Source: an uncultured Candidatus Saccharibacteria bacterium (lineage in GTDB: Bacteria > Patescibacteriota > Doudnabacteria > UBA920 > 2-01-FULL-46-14). From it: a stretch of DNA of 64,000 nucleotides. Shown here piece by piece: positions 20,602-28,612 of this stretch (positions are counted from its first letter, which is position 1; the number at the start of each line of letters is the position of its first letter). The stretch lies in contig CAZMCQ010000005.1 in assembly GCA_964565195.1 (NCBI GenBank), positions 30,697 through 94,696 of the forward strand. Direction: 5' to 3'. The notes under the pieces are model-generated. The model was given only the letters and a program-made list of their open reading frames with translations. It did no database searches and had not been told where the DNA came from. A program made the translations under genes and the position numbers.

Positions 20602-21009
20602 CTAGCTGGCAGACTTGGACAGTCGCCTCAATGCAAGGAGCAGACCTTCCATGACCCATTCCTTGAAGGGAGCAACGGGTTTGGTCGTAATGACCTCGTA
20701 GCCAGCGATCGTTAAGCCCGATGGTTCGCCCTTGCGGCGTGACTGAACGGCAATTTCTTTTGGCCTGAATTGCCTTCCTTTCTTTGTTCTGGCCAGGAAT
20801 GGGCCCTTCATGGTGATGCCGTGTCCGGGCCGCATCCTCAGATGAACCGTGGAGCCCTGGCACCGCTTTAACCGCCAAGTATCCCCGGCCTTGAGATTCC
20901 ACCGCGTGACTTCTACTTCATCCTCTGTCTTGCAAAGGGTGGGGAAATCCAGGCTCAGAGTTTGGAATACACCTTGCTTCACTTGAGTGCAAACCACAGC
21001 AGTGTTCAT
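20602..21009 (-). CDS. Hypothetical protein (135 aa) in a compositionally atypical islet
   Basis: Clean ORF with its own terminator. Lower GC3 than neighbours. No recognisable motif. Confidence 0.45.
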   Translation of the reverse strand: MNTAVVCTQVKQGVFQTLSLDFPTLCKTEDEVEVTRWNLKAGDTWRLKRCQGSTVHLRMRPGHGITMKGPFLARTKKGRQFRPKEIAVQSRRKGEPSGLTIAGYEVITTKPVAPFKEWVMEGLLLALRRLSKSAS

Positions 21010-21032
21010 GATTGATTCCTCCTTGTTTGGTT

Positions 21033-21608
21033 TTATCGACAGCCGTCATAGGTGAGCCACCAGCGTCGGGAAAAGCAGCGCGCGTAGGCGATCATAGAGA
21101 GAACCTCCGGAGCACCGAAGTGCTGTAAGTTTGAGCCGAAAATCAGTTGTGAAAAATCGGCTCGTTTTTTGTAATCTTCACGTGTTTGTTTGCCGGCTGC
21201 ATCTTCGACATCGGCAAAGTCAATTGCGAGACCAGATCGTCGCGCGTAGTATCTCCATACCGGCTCGCCGTATTTGAGATGCCAGTCTGATGTAACCCAG
21301 ATGATTCGCGCAGCACCCTGTTGTCGAGCAATTCGCATTGCGCCGCGACACGCTGACATGGTTTCGAGGCCGCGGTTGTCTATCAGGATTTGTTTCTTGC
21401 AGCCGTTAACCAAGAGCCAGGCCTCCATCAGGCAGCCGAGATTATAAGTTTTTCTCGGGATCTTGCCGAGTACGACAACAAGCGAGTCCTCCATTGTTCC
21501 GGAGAGCTTCAAAGTTTTCTCCAGCCGCTGGATCGTCGGTTCGCACAACCCAGTGCCGTGCACCGGCCGTTTGAAGCAACAGGCTGATACTGCGATAGCA
21601 GTCTTCAT
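21033..21608 (-). CDS. DUF218 (YdcF/SanA/ElyC-like) domain protein
   Basis: LVVVLGKIP...RGLETMSACRGAMRIARQQGAARIIWVTSDWHLKYG fits the DUF218 pattern (VVLGg...S.nT.eNA...ilVTs.yHm.R). The start codon is uncertain. Confidence 0.5.
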   Translation of the reverse strand: MKTAIAVSACCFKRPVHGTGLCEPTIQRLEKTLKLSGTMEDSLVVVLGKIPRKTYNLGCLMEAWLLVNGCKKQILIDNRGLETMSACRGAMRIARQQGAARIIWVTSDWHLKYGEPVWRYYARRSGLAIDFADVEDAAGKQTREDYKKRADFSQLIFGSNLQHFGAPEVLSMIAYARCFSRRWWLTYDGCR

Positions 21609-21672
21609 AAGTCCTCCTGACCAAATTTAAAACAGCCCTCTAGTTTAACTTAAAAAAACGAACTAGTCAATG

Positions 21673-22230
21673 CTAGTTCGCGCGTTCTACGTATTCCCCG
21701 CTGTCGGTATTCACTTTGACCACGTCGCCTTCTTTGATGAAGAGCGGCACGTTCACGGTAAGGCCGGTTTCCAGCGTGGCTGGCTTGGTGCCGCCGGTCG
21801 CTGTGTCGCCGCGGATGCCGGGCGGGGTCGAGGAGACTTTGAGCGCGACCTTAACCGGCAGTTCAATGCTCATCGGCTCACCGTTAAAAAATTTCAGCAA
21901 GACCTCTTCGCCTTCTTTGAGATAAACGATTTTATCTTGACTGATCTCGGCGGGGAGAGTGATCGTCTCAAAGGTGTTTTGTGTCATAAAATGCGCTCCG
22001 ATCTGATCGGAGTACAAATACTGCGCCTTCTGTTTGGTGATGTCCGCCTCATCCACGCGCTCACCGGATTTAAAGGAGTACTCGACAACTTTGCCGGTTT
22101 TGAGATTGCGCATCTTTACCTGCATCACGGGCTTGCGCTGCTGCATGCGCACAAACAGCGACCAGATCACTTCATGAGGCTGGGAATTAAAAATGATGAT
22201 AGCCCCCTTTTTGAGTTCGTTCATCTCCAT
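21673..22230 (-). CDS. efp: Elongation factor P
   Basis: 185 aa with KGAIIIFNSQPHEVI... and the KOW-like N-domain plus two OB domains typical of EF-P. Confidence 0.9.
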   Translation of the reverse strand: MEMNELKKGAIIIFNSQPHEVIWSLFVRMQQRKPVMQVKMRNLKTGKVVEYSFKSGERVDEADITKQKAQYLYSDQIGAHFMTQNTFETITLPAEISQDKIVYLKEGEEVLLKFFNGEPMSIELPVKVALKVSSTPPGIRGDTATGGTKPATLETGLTVNVPLFIKEGDVVKVNTDSGEYVERAN

Positions 22231-22259
22231 AATAGCATCTGCAAATTACTAATTATTCT

Positions 22260-22278
22260 AATTTCTAAATTAGAAATT
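22260..22278. promoter_or_regulatory. 19-bp palindrome AATTTCTAA-a-TTAGAAATT in the rpsR-efp spacer
   Basis: Perfect 9-bp arms abutting the rpsR stop codon, inside an AT-rich repeat-like spacer (ttctaatttctaaattagaaattta). Confidence 0.4.
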
Positions 22279-22499
22279 TATCCATTCGGAACGAATGGTA
22301 AAAGGGCCATGTGCCGCGCGCGTTTCAGGGCACGGGTGACGAGCTTCTGGTGCTTCTGGCAGGAGCCGGTGCGCTTGCGGCCGAGAATTTTCGCGTGCGG
22401 CGACATGAAGCGCCGCAGCATTTGGGTATCTTTATAATCCACCCAGGAAATTTTATTTTCGCACAAAAAGCAGGATTTTGGCTGTTGGGGGATCGGCAT
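22278..22499 (-). CDS. rpsR: 30S ribosomal protein S18
   Basis: 73 aa. CFLCENKISWVDYKDTQMLRRFMSPHAKILGRKRTGSCQKHQKLVTRALKRAR is the S18 signature. Part of an S6-SSB-S18 operon. Confidence 0.93.
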   Translation of the reverse strand: MPIPQQPKSCFLCENKISWVDYKDTQMLRRFMSPHAKILGRKRTGSCQKHQKLVTRALKRARHMALLPFVPNG

Positions 22500-22505
22500 G
22501 GCTCG

Positions 22506-23015
22506 TTAGAAGGGTATATCCTCGAGGCTGATTTCTTCCTCCTTCGCACCTTCTTCAGAAGTAGCTACGGAGGACAGGTCCGTTTTCGGTTCTCTTGGTG
22601 GCGCCGGCTCTTCAACAAAAATTTCGTCTTCCTGGCTCTGGGCTGCCGGGCGGGCAACCGGAGCGGCCCCTGCGCCAGCAGAGCCCTTGCTGTCGAGCAT
22701 GATCAAATTATCCGCGACAATCTCGGTGCGGTTTTTCTTCGTGCCGTCCTGGCCATCCCAGGTGCGCGTCTGCAGGCGGCCTTCGATCAAAACGCGGCTG
22801 CCTTTGTGGCAGTACTGTGCGGCGATCTCGCCGAGTTTGCCCCAGATGACAATGTTATGAAATTCGACGGCTTCGCGCTTTTCGCCGGTCGCGCGGTCTT
22901 TCCAGACCGAATTGGTGGCGACGCCAAACGAAACCACGCCCGCTCCCGAAGGCGTGGTGCGGCTCTCGGGATCGCGGGTGAGCCGGCCGACAATGGTTGC
23001 TCGATTTAGATCCAT
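22506..23015 (-). CDS. ssb: Single-stranded DNA-binding protein
   Basis: N-terminal OB fold (NRATIVGRLTRDPESRTTPSGAGVVSFGVATN) and the acidic C-terminal tail ending in DIPF. Confidence 0.92.
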   Translation of the reverse strand: MDLNRATIVGRLTRDPESRTTPSGAGVVSFGVATNSVWKDRATGEKREAVEFHNIVIWGKLGEIAAQYCHKGSRVLIEGRLQTRTWDGQDGTKKNRTEIVADNLIMLDSKGSAGAGAAPVARPAAQSQEDEIFVEEPAPPREPKTDLSSVATSEEGAKEEEISLEDIPF

Positions 23016-23062
23016 ATATTTTTAAATCCTAAATTCGAATATCGAAATTCGAAGCTTAATGA

Positions 23063-23515
23063 TTATTTTAAATTCTCCGATTCCAATGCTTTTTCGATTT
23101 CCGCGTCGAGGTCAATCTCGATCTTCCGCGCGGGTTTTGCGGCCGGTTTCTCGACGGGTGCGGCCTCCTGCGGAGTTCTCCGTTTCATCTGGCTCTGGAT
23201 GACGCGATCCTTTTCCATGCGCTCGAGCGCCTCGTCCATATTTACTACGAGATGGCGGATGATACTTTGGGTGGTGCGGATCCGGTGTTCGATCTCATTA
23301 ATTTTGTCTGACGGCGCGCTGAAGCCGACCACGACATAGTGGCCGATCTTGGTTTTCTTGATCGGGTAGGCGAGTTTTTTTTTGCCGGGCTCTTCGTATT
23401 TTTCAATGAGGCCGCCGCCGCTTTCGATAAATTTCCTGACCTCGTCAGTGGTTTTCGGGATCTCGTCGTCCGCGACATGCGAGCCGACGATGTACATCAA
23501 TTCATATTTTGGCAT
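23063..23515 (-). CDS. rpsF: 30S ribosomal protein S6
   Basis: MPKYELMYIVGSHVADDEIPKTTDEVRKFIESGGGLIEKYEEPGKKKLAYPIKK. First gene of the classic rpsF-ssb-rpsR unit. Confidence 0.9.
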   Translation of the reverse strand: MPKYELMYIVGSHVADDEIPKTTDEVRKFIESGGGLIEKYEEPGKKKLAYPIKKTKIGHYVVVGFSAPSDKINEIEHRIRTTQSIIRHLVVNMDEALERMEKDRVIQSQMKRRTPQEAAPVEKPAAKPARKIEIDLDAEIEKALESENLK

Positions 23516-23529
23516 TACCAGGTCCTTTC

Positions 23530-23589
23530 GCCACCGCTTTTAGCGGGGCCCCGCCAGAGGCGGTGGTAATCTCTCCGCCGATGAAGCGG
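23530..23589 (-). promoter_or_regulatory. Structured rpsF 5' leader (two stem-loops) between ychF and rpsF
   Basis: CCACCGC...GCGGGGCCCCGC...GCGGTGG branched hairpin plus a TCCGC-cgatgaa-GCGGA hairpin, 15 to 75 nt upstream of the rpsF ATG. Possible ychF terminator and/or an S6:S18 autoregulatory leader. Confidence 0.3.
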
Positions 23590-23652
23590 AAAGAATATGA
23601 TAATCATTAGTTGTCTTTGCATTATACCGGGCAAAAAGCCGTAAGTCAAGCG

Positions 23653-24744
23653 CTAAACGTTGAATTTGAAATGCACAACATCCCCGTCCTGGATGACGTA
23701 TTCTTTGCCCTCCAGTCTTAGCAAGCCTTTTTCCCTTGCCTGGGCATAGCCGCCGCAATCGAGGAGGACCTGCCAGTTGGTGATCTCGGCCTTGATAAAG
23801 CCCTTTTCAAAATCCGTATGAATAATTCCCGCCGCCTGCGGGGCGCGCGTTCCCGCCTTGCAGGTCCAGGCGCGCGTCTCTGATGGTCCGGCCGTGAAGA
23901 AGGTGATCAAGTTAAGAACTTTGTAAGATTCAATGATCAATTTATCCAGGCCGGATTGCTCAAGCCCCAATTCTTTCAGATAATCCTTGCGTTCTGCGGG
24001 TGGAAGTTGGGAAATTTCGGATTCAAGTTGCGCATCTAATGTAATCATTCTGCCATCCTGAGGCAGTAGCCGAAGGATCTCGTTGAGATTCTTCGCTTCG
24101 CTCAGAATGACATTTTGTTTTTGATTGGCGACATACAAAATCGGTTTGTTCGTTAGCAGTGGAAATTCGTGCAGATATTTTCGTTCCTCGTCAGTGAACG
24201 CAACCGTGCTGGCGAGTTGGCCGTCCGAGAGCGCTTGGTAATATTTTTCCGCAACGGTCAATCTGGTTAGGTCGTCCTTTTTATTGCCTTTGGCAGCAGA
24301 TCGCAGTCCTGCTAGCTTCTTCTCGACAAGCTGCAGGTCCGCAAGCGTGAGTTCAGTCTCAATTGTCGCGATGTCGCGTTTGGCATCAACTTTGCCTTCC
24401 ACATGAACCACATTTTCATCCTCAAAAAACCGCACGACCTCCACGATGGCATCCACCTCGCGGATGTGCGCGAGAAACTGGTTGCCCAGGCCCGCGCCTT
24501 GGTGTGCGCCGGCCACGAGGCCGGCAATGTCTTTGAACTCGATCACAGTCGGAATTATTTCTTTTGAATTTTCCAAGCGAGCGAGTTCCTCGAGCCGTTC
24601 ATCCGGCACGGCAACCACACCCACGTTCGGCTCAATGGTGACGAAGGGGTAGTTAGCTGCCTCAACCTGAAGATTGGTGAGGGCATTGAAGAGTGTAGAT
24701 TTTCCTACGTTAGGCAAGCCGACAATGCCTATTGAAAATGACAT
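23653..24744 (-). CDS. ychF: Ribosome-binding ATPase YchF (Obg-family GTPase)
   Basis: MSFSIGIVGLPNVGKSTLFNALT (G1), the C-terminal TGS domain, 363 aa. Confidence 0.93.
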   Translation of the reverse strand: MSFSIGIVGLPNVGKSTLFNALTNLQVEAANYPFVTIEPNVGVVAVPDERLEELARLENSKEIIPTVIEFKDIAGLVAGAHQGAGLGNQFLAHIREVDAIVEVVRFFEDENVVHVEGKVDAKRDIATIETELTLADLQLVEKKLAGLRSAAKGNKKDDLTRLTVAEKYYQALSDGQLASTVAFTDEERKYLHEFPLLTNKPILYVANQKQNVILSEAKNLNEILRLLPQDGRMITLDAQLESEISQLPPAERKDYLKELGLEQSGLDKLIIESYKVLNLITFFTAGPSETRAWTCKAGTRAPQAAGIIHTDFEKGFIKAEITNWQVLLDCGGYAQAREKGLLRLEGKEYVIQDGDVVHFKFNV

Positions 24745-24797
24745 AGATATTTGCTAGATTATAATTGTTAATTTTTTAAAAAGAAAGGGCATTAATT

Positions 24798-24968
24798 ATG
24801 GCGGAAATACAACCGCGGGAGGGGATGGAGGGAGCGTTCAGGCCAGCAATGTCCCGGGAAGGGGAAAATAGACCGCGCGTTCGGGTTGAACTCGATAATG
24901 GGGAGGTATTGACTGCGAACAGCGTGAATGAGATGATTGAGCAGCTGAAGAGTCTGCGCGAGCAGTAA
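24798..24968 (+). CDS. Small hypothetical protein (56 aa), translationally coupled to the downstream phosphomannomutase
   Basis: Uninterrupted ORF MAEIQPREGMEGAFRPAMSREGENRPRVRVELDNGEVLTANSVNEMIEQLKSLREQ. Its TAA stop overlaps the ATG of the next gene (TAATG). It is below the ORF-track length cutoff. Confidence 0.4.
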   Translation: MAEIQPREGMEGAFRPAMSREGENRPRVRVELDNGEVLTANSVNEMIEQLKSLREQ

Positions 24969-26401
24969 TGATTGAGCCGAAAATTTTCAAGGCCTACGAT
25001 ATTCGCGGGGTTTATCCGCTTGAACTTTCGCTCGAAGCTGCGTATTGCATCGGCCAGGGGTTTGCGAAATTTTTGCGAGAAGATCTGTCCCCCTACGGGG
25101 GATCTCCCGAAGGGAGAAAAAAAGAGCTGCCGCTCACAGTCGCGATTGCGCAGGATGCGCGGCCGTCCTCGCCGTTTCTGGCGCGGGAAGTCGTGCGGGC
25201 GCTCAATGAAGCGGAGATTGATGTCGTGGATCTCGGCCGCACGCCGACGCCGGCTTTTTACTATGCCGTGGCGAGCAAAAATTTCGCGGCTGGTGCCATG
25301 GTGACCGCCTCGCACAACCCGAAAGAGTATAATGGTTTCAAATTGTGCGGCCCGCGGGCCATGCCCATAGGGGAAAATTCCGGTTTGAAAAAAATCGAAG
25401 AGTATGCGCAGGGGTTCTTTGCGGCCATACCACGCGATGAGGAATCGCTCGGGCGCCGTATTCGCCGCCCATCGCTCAAAGGCAAACTTTCCAGCTTTGA
25501 TGGCGCGACGCGCGAGTACGTCGCCAATGACCTTGCCAAAGTTGACATCACCAAGATAAGGAGGTTAAAAATCGCGGCTGATCCGGGCAACGCCATGGGC
25601 GCGCTGTACCTGGAAGAGCTTTTCAAGGCCGTTCCCTGCGATCCCATCAAGATCAACTGGGACTTAAACGGCAATATGCCCATTCATGAGCCGAATCCGC
25701 TGAAGACCGAGACTTTGCAGCAGCTGCAGGCAGTGATCCAGAATGAAAAAGCGGATTTTGGCATCGCCCCGGACGGCGACGGGGACCGGATCGGACTTTT
25801 GGACGAAAAAGGGGACGTAATGTCCGCAGCAATCATTACCGGTCTGGTGGCGCAAAGCATTTTGAAGAAAAACCCGGGCGTGAAGATCGGCTACGACCTG
25901 CGGATGAGCCGGTCAGCACGGGAGATGATCGAGGATGCGGGGGGCGTGGCCGTGGAAACGCCGGTCGGGCATTCGTTCATAAAAAAGCAGATGGCTGATG
26001 AGAATTTGCTCTTCGCCGGTGAACTTTCTATGCATTATTATCTGCGTGATAATTTTAACTGCGAGTCCCCAGTGTTTGTGATTGCCGAGCTTCTGCAGAT
26101 GCGCTCGCAGCTGGATAAACCCTTTTCCGAGATCTGGCGGTTGCATCAAAAATACGCTCATTCCGGTGAGATCAATTTCACAGTCGCGGACAAGGAAGCC
26201 GTGCTTGCCAAATTGGAAAAAAAATATCCAGACGGGCAAGTGTCCCGTCTGGACGGCGTGAAGATCGAGTTTCCGGACTGGTGGTTCTCGGCTCGCGCCT
26301 CGAACACCGAACCAGTCCTGCGGCTCAATTTGGAAGCGCTTGACGAGTCAATAATGAAAGAGAAACTTACTGAGGTCAGGGGTTTGATTCAGGCTGGATG
26401 A
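24968..26401 (+). CDS. Phosphomannomutase/phosphoglucomutase (alpha-D-phosphohexomutase family)
   Basis: Active-site TASHNPKEYNGFK, metal-binding DGDGDR, sugar-binding GELSMHY. Confidence 0.9.
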   Translation: MIEPKIFKAYDIRGVYPLELSLEAAYCIGQGFAKFLREDLSPYGGSPEGRKKELPLTVAIAQDARPSSPFLAREVVRALNEAEIDVVDLGRTPTPAFYYAVASKNFAAGAMVTASHNPKEYNGFKLCGPRAMPIGENSGLKKIEEYAQGFFAAIPRDEESLGRRIRRPSLKGKLSSFDGATREYVANDLAKVDITKIRRLKIAADPGNAMGALYLEELFKAVPCDPIKINWDLNGNMPIHEPNPLKTETLQQLQAVIQNEKADFGIAPDGDGDRIGLLDEKGDVMSAAIITGLVAQSILKKNPGVKIGYDLRMSRSAREMIEDAGGVAVETPVGHSFIKKQMADENLLFAGELSMHYYLRDNFNCESPVFVIAELLQMRSQLDKPFSEIWRLHQKYAHSGEINFTVADKEAVLAKLEKKYPDGQVSRLDGVKIEFPDWWFSARASNTEPVLRLNLEALDESIMKEKLTEVRGLIQAG

Positions 26402-26678
26402 GAGGGAGCGCCGCTCGGTGACGATTGGGCTCCTCGCCAAACAACTCAAGAATTTCAGTCGCCCCGCCGGCTTCGAGCTTGCGGCAGATATAATCTGGAA
26501 GCGAGGTATTGGGATGAACCATACAAATGATAATCTCGTTTCCGAATACTCCCACTGCGTGAATTTCGCCAAGGTGCAGAATTTCTCTGACCTCCTGTGC
26601 CAAGAATCTGGCAGAAGTCTGTGTTGCAACTACGAATTTACGAACTTTTGGTTCGGGCGGTGATTTACTAGGTTGCAT
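26376..26678 (-). CDS. Hypothetical protein (100 aa), downstream of trpS on the same strand
   Basis: AGGAGG 7 nt upstream of the ATG. The 3' end overlaps the convergent phosphomannomutase gene by 26 nt. No recognisable motif. Confidence 0.55.
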   Translation of the reverse strand: MQPSKSPPEPKVRKFVVATQTSARFLAQEVREILHLGEIHAVGVFGNEIIICMVHPNTSLPDYICRKLEAGGATEILELFGEEPNRHRAALPLIQPESNP

Positions 26679-26701
26679 TATTGCCTCCTTATCTTTGCTG
26701 C

Positions 26702-27685
26702 TTAGGCCAACAGGCCCATTTTTTGTTTGACTTCCAAGAGTGTGGCCGAGGCAATGGCCCGGGCGCGCTCTCGACCTTGAGTGATAATTCCTTCGATATA
26801 CTCTGGTTGTTTTTCCAGCTCGCGGCGTCGCTCGCGGTACGGTGCAAAATGGTGTGCGATCAGCTTCCCGAGATTGGCTTTGAGGTCCGCGTAGCGGATT
26901 GCGCCTTCCTGGTGCGCGTCGCGGTAAAATTCATATTGCTCCTTATCGCCGAAAATTTCAAGCAGCGTAAAAAGATTTTTGGTTCCCGCGGAAATCGTCT
27001 TGGTCTTGCCGGTGTCAGTCACGGCGCGGGACAGCTTTTTCTCGATTACGGCAGGCTCATCTTGTAAATTAATAACGTGGTTGTCCCCGAGCGATTTGCT
27101 CATTTTTTTGCCGGGTGCGAGGAGGCTCATCACGCGCGCGGTTTTGGTGAGCAGTGTTTTCACCACTTGAAATGTCTGGCCAAACCTGCTGTTGAATTTT
27201 TTAACAATATCATTGGTGAGTTCGAGATGCTGGACCTGGTCTTCTCCCACCGGCACGCCAAAAGGCTTGTAGAGTAAAATGTCTGCGGCCTGGAGAACCG
27301 GGTAATCGAGCAGCCCGGCATTGATATTGTTTTTTTGCCGTGCGGCTTTGTCTTTGTACTGGGTCATCCGTTCCAGAGAAGCGACCGGCGTGAGGGTATT
27401 GAAATACCAGGCTAGCTCGGCATGTTCGGGCAGCTGGGATTGGATGAAGATAGTGGATTTGTTGGGATTAATGCCCAGAGCGAGCAGATCAATGACTACA
27501 TCCCGAATCTGCTGTGGCTTTTCTTTCGGATCGTAATTTTCCATAAGCGAGTGCATATCGGCCACGAAATAAAAGCAGTCATAGTCCTGATCCTGGAGTT
27601 CCACGGACTGCTTGAGCATGCCGAGATAATTGCCGATATGCAGTTTCCCGGTCGGCTGTATCCCCGAAACAATACGTTGATTCAT
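26702..27685 (-). CDS. trpS: Tryptophanyl-tRNA synthetase
   Basis: SGIQPTGKLHIGNYLG (HIGH-type), KMSKS, and FYFVADMHSL typical of TrpS. 327 aa. Confidence 0.93.
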   Translation of the reverse strand: MNQRIVSGIQPTGKLHIGNYLGMLKQSVELQDQDYDCFYFVADMHSLMENYDPKEKPQQIRDVVIDLLALGINPNKSTIFIQSQLPEHAELAWYFNTLTPVASLERMTQYKDKAARQKNNINAGLLDYPVLQAADILLYKPFGVPVGEDQVQHLELTNDIVKKFNSRFGQTFQVVKTLLTKTARVMSLLAPGKKMSKSLGDNHVINLQDEPAVIEKKLSRAVTDTGKTKTISAGTKNLFTLLEIFGDKEQYEFYRDAHQEGAIRYADLKANLGKLIAHHFAPYRERRRELEKQPEYIEGIITQGRERARAIASATLLEVKQKMGLLA

Positions 27686-27704
27686 AAAGGAAGTATATCA
27701 ACTC

Positions 27705-27734
27705 TTGACCATTTTGATAATGCGATGTTATAAT
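27705..27734 (+). promoter_or_regulatory. Sigma70-like promoter (TTGACC-N17/18-TATAAT) for ORF 27834..28391
   Basis: ttgaccattttgataatgcgatgttataat. The downstream 5'UTR contains the 14-bp perfect palindrome gatccgcgcggatc (27770..27783). Confidence 0.5.
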
Positions 27735-27833
27735 GGGTTGTTCTATTCAGAGGAAGAATAGACCGCTACGATCCGCGCGGATCGAGTGCCTCAAATCACC
27801 GCTCTCAAAAGAGGGCAACGAACGGAGGAAACG

Positions 27834-28391
27834 ATGATTGAATACCTAAAGAAGGCAGTCGGCGATCTAGGAGTTAATATCCATCTTGCAATTCAGGCCC
27901 TTGATGGCGCAAGCCAAACTTGGCAAGGGGTGAGTCAAGTGGGATGGCGGCAGTGGAGGACATGCCCTAAGCTATTAATTTTTACGGACAGCCCAATCAC
28001 GTTCGATTTCAAATTGCGTTTTCCAACGCAGATCGGGACTGGTGACAGTAACTGGTTACATCGCCGCTACATCATGCAGGCTCAATTTCCTCCAGGCATG
28101 ATATTCGGTTTGGATTGTCGTGCTGATGAAGGGCAAGGCCCGGGGAATTCTCTGTCTTTGGAGGAATATTTGCGCGAGCGGGGAGTACCATATGAGCAGA
28201 TTATCGCAGTCATTCAGTATGAGTTTTTGCGCACCCCCAATTATTATGGTAATTCTTTGGGGGTGCACCTACTGTGGCCTTATGATTTTACCAAATTGCG
28301 GCGCAGGGTAGAGGATCAGTTTAGGAAGGCTTGCCCACTAGAAAGTCTTCTGACCGTCGCAGGTTTTCTCGGGGTGAATATAGCCCTTTAG
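27834..28391 (+). CDS. Hypothetical protein (185 aa), AT-rich, likely acquired
   Basis: GGAGG 6 nt before ATGATTGAATAC. About 47% GC against about 58% for neighbours. No recognisable domain. Confidence 0.55.
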   Translation: MIEYLKKAVGDLGVNIHLAIQALDGASQTWQGVSQVGWRQWRTCPKLLIFTDSPITFDFKLRFPTQIGTGDSNWLHRRYIMQAQFPPGMIFGLDCRADEGQGPGNSLSLEEYLRERGVPYEQIIAVIQYEFLRTPNYYGNSLGVHLLWPYDFTKLRRRVEDQFRKACPLESLLTVAGFLGVNIAL

Positions 28392-28457
28392 GTCCGGATA
28401 AGTAGAAAGAATCGGTGGACGATGTTTGTTCACCGATTTATTTTTTTGCTTGTTTTT

Positions 28458-28495
28458 TGTCTACGGAACATAGCAATTGCTAGAGTGCGTAGACA
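28458..28495. repeat. Nested palindromic element, copy B (TGTCTAC...TAGCAATTGCTA...GTAGACA)
   Basis: Same architecture and core as copy A at 5953..5990, again preceded by a T-run. It lies between ORF 27834..28391 and the small coiled-coil gene. Confidence 0.7.
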
Positions 28496-28508
28496 AGGTA
28501 TTTTGTTT

Positions 28509-28544
28509 GATGTAAAACTCATCCGGCCGGATGAGTTTTACATC
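28509..28544. promoter_or_regulatory. 36-bp perfect palindrome GATGTAAAACTCATCCGG|CCGGATGAGTTTTACATC
   Basis: 18-bp arms with no loop, 15 nt upstream of a consensus -35 box. Candidate operator or terminator. Confidence 0.6.
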
Positions 28545-28559
28545 ATTAGGATTTCAGCT

Positions 28560-28587
28560 TTGACAATAAAATCGCACGGAGTATAAT
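28560..28587 (+). promoter_or_regulatory. Near-consensus sigma70 promoter TTGACA-N16-TATAAT driving ORF 28613..28855
   Basis: ttgacaataaaatcgcacggagtataat. The -10 box ends 25 nt before the ATG at 28613. Confidence 0.6.
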
Positions 28588-28612
28588 AATTTTACGTCTT
28601 TAATTTATTGCC

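Noticed and set aside
24776-25315. Minus-strand 179-aa ORF overlapping the start of the phosphomannomutase gene
   Set aside because: It overlaps a well-supported + strand gene and the 56-aa coupled ORF. It is Arg-rich with antisense composition.
26418-26663. + strand 81-aa ORF overlapping ORF 26376..26678
   Set aside because: It is the opposite strand of an ORF with a perfect AGGAGG RBS and has no RBS of its own.
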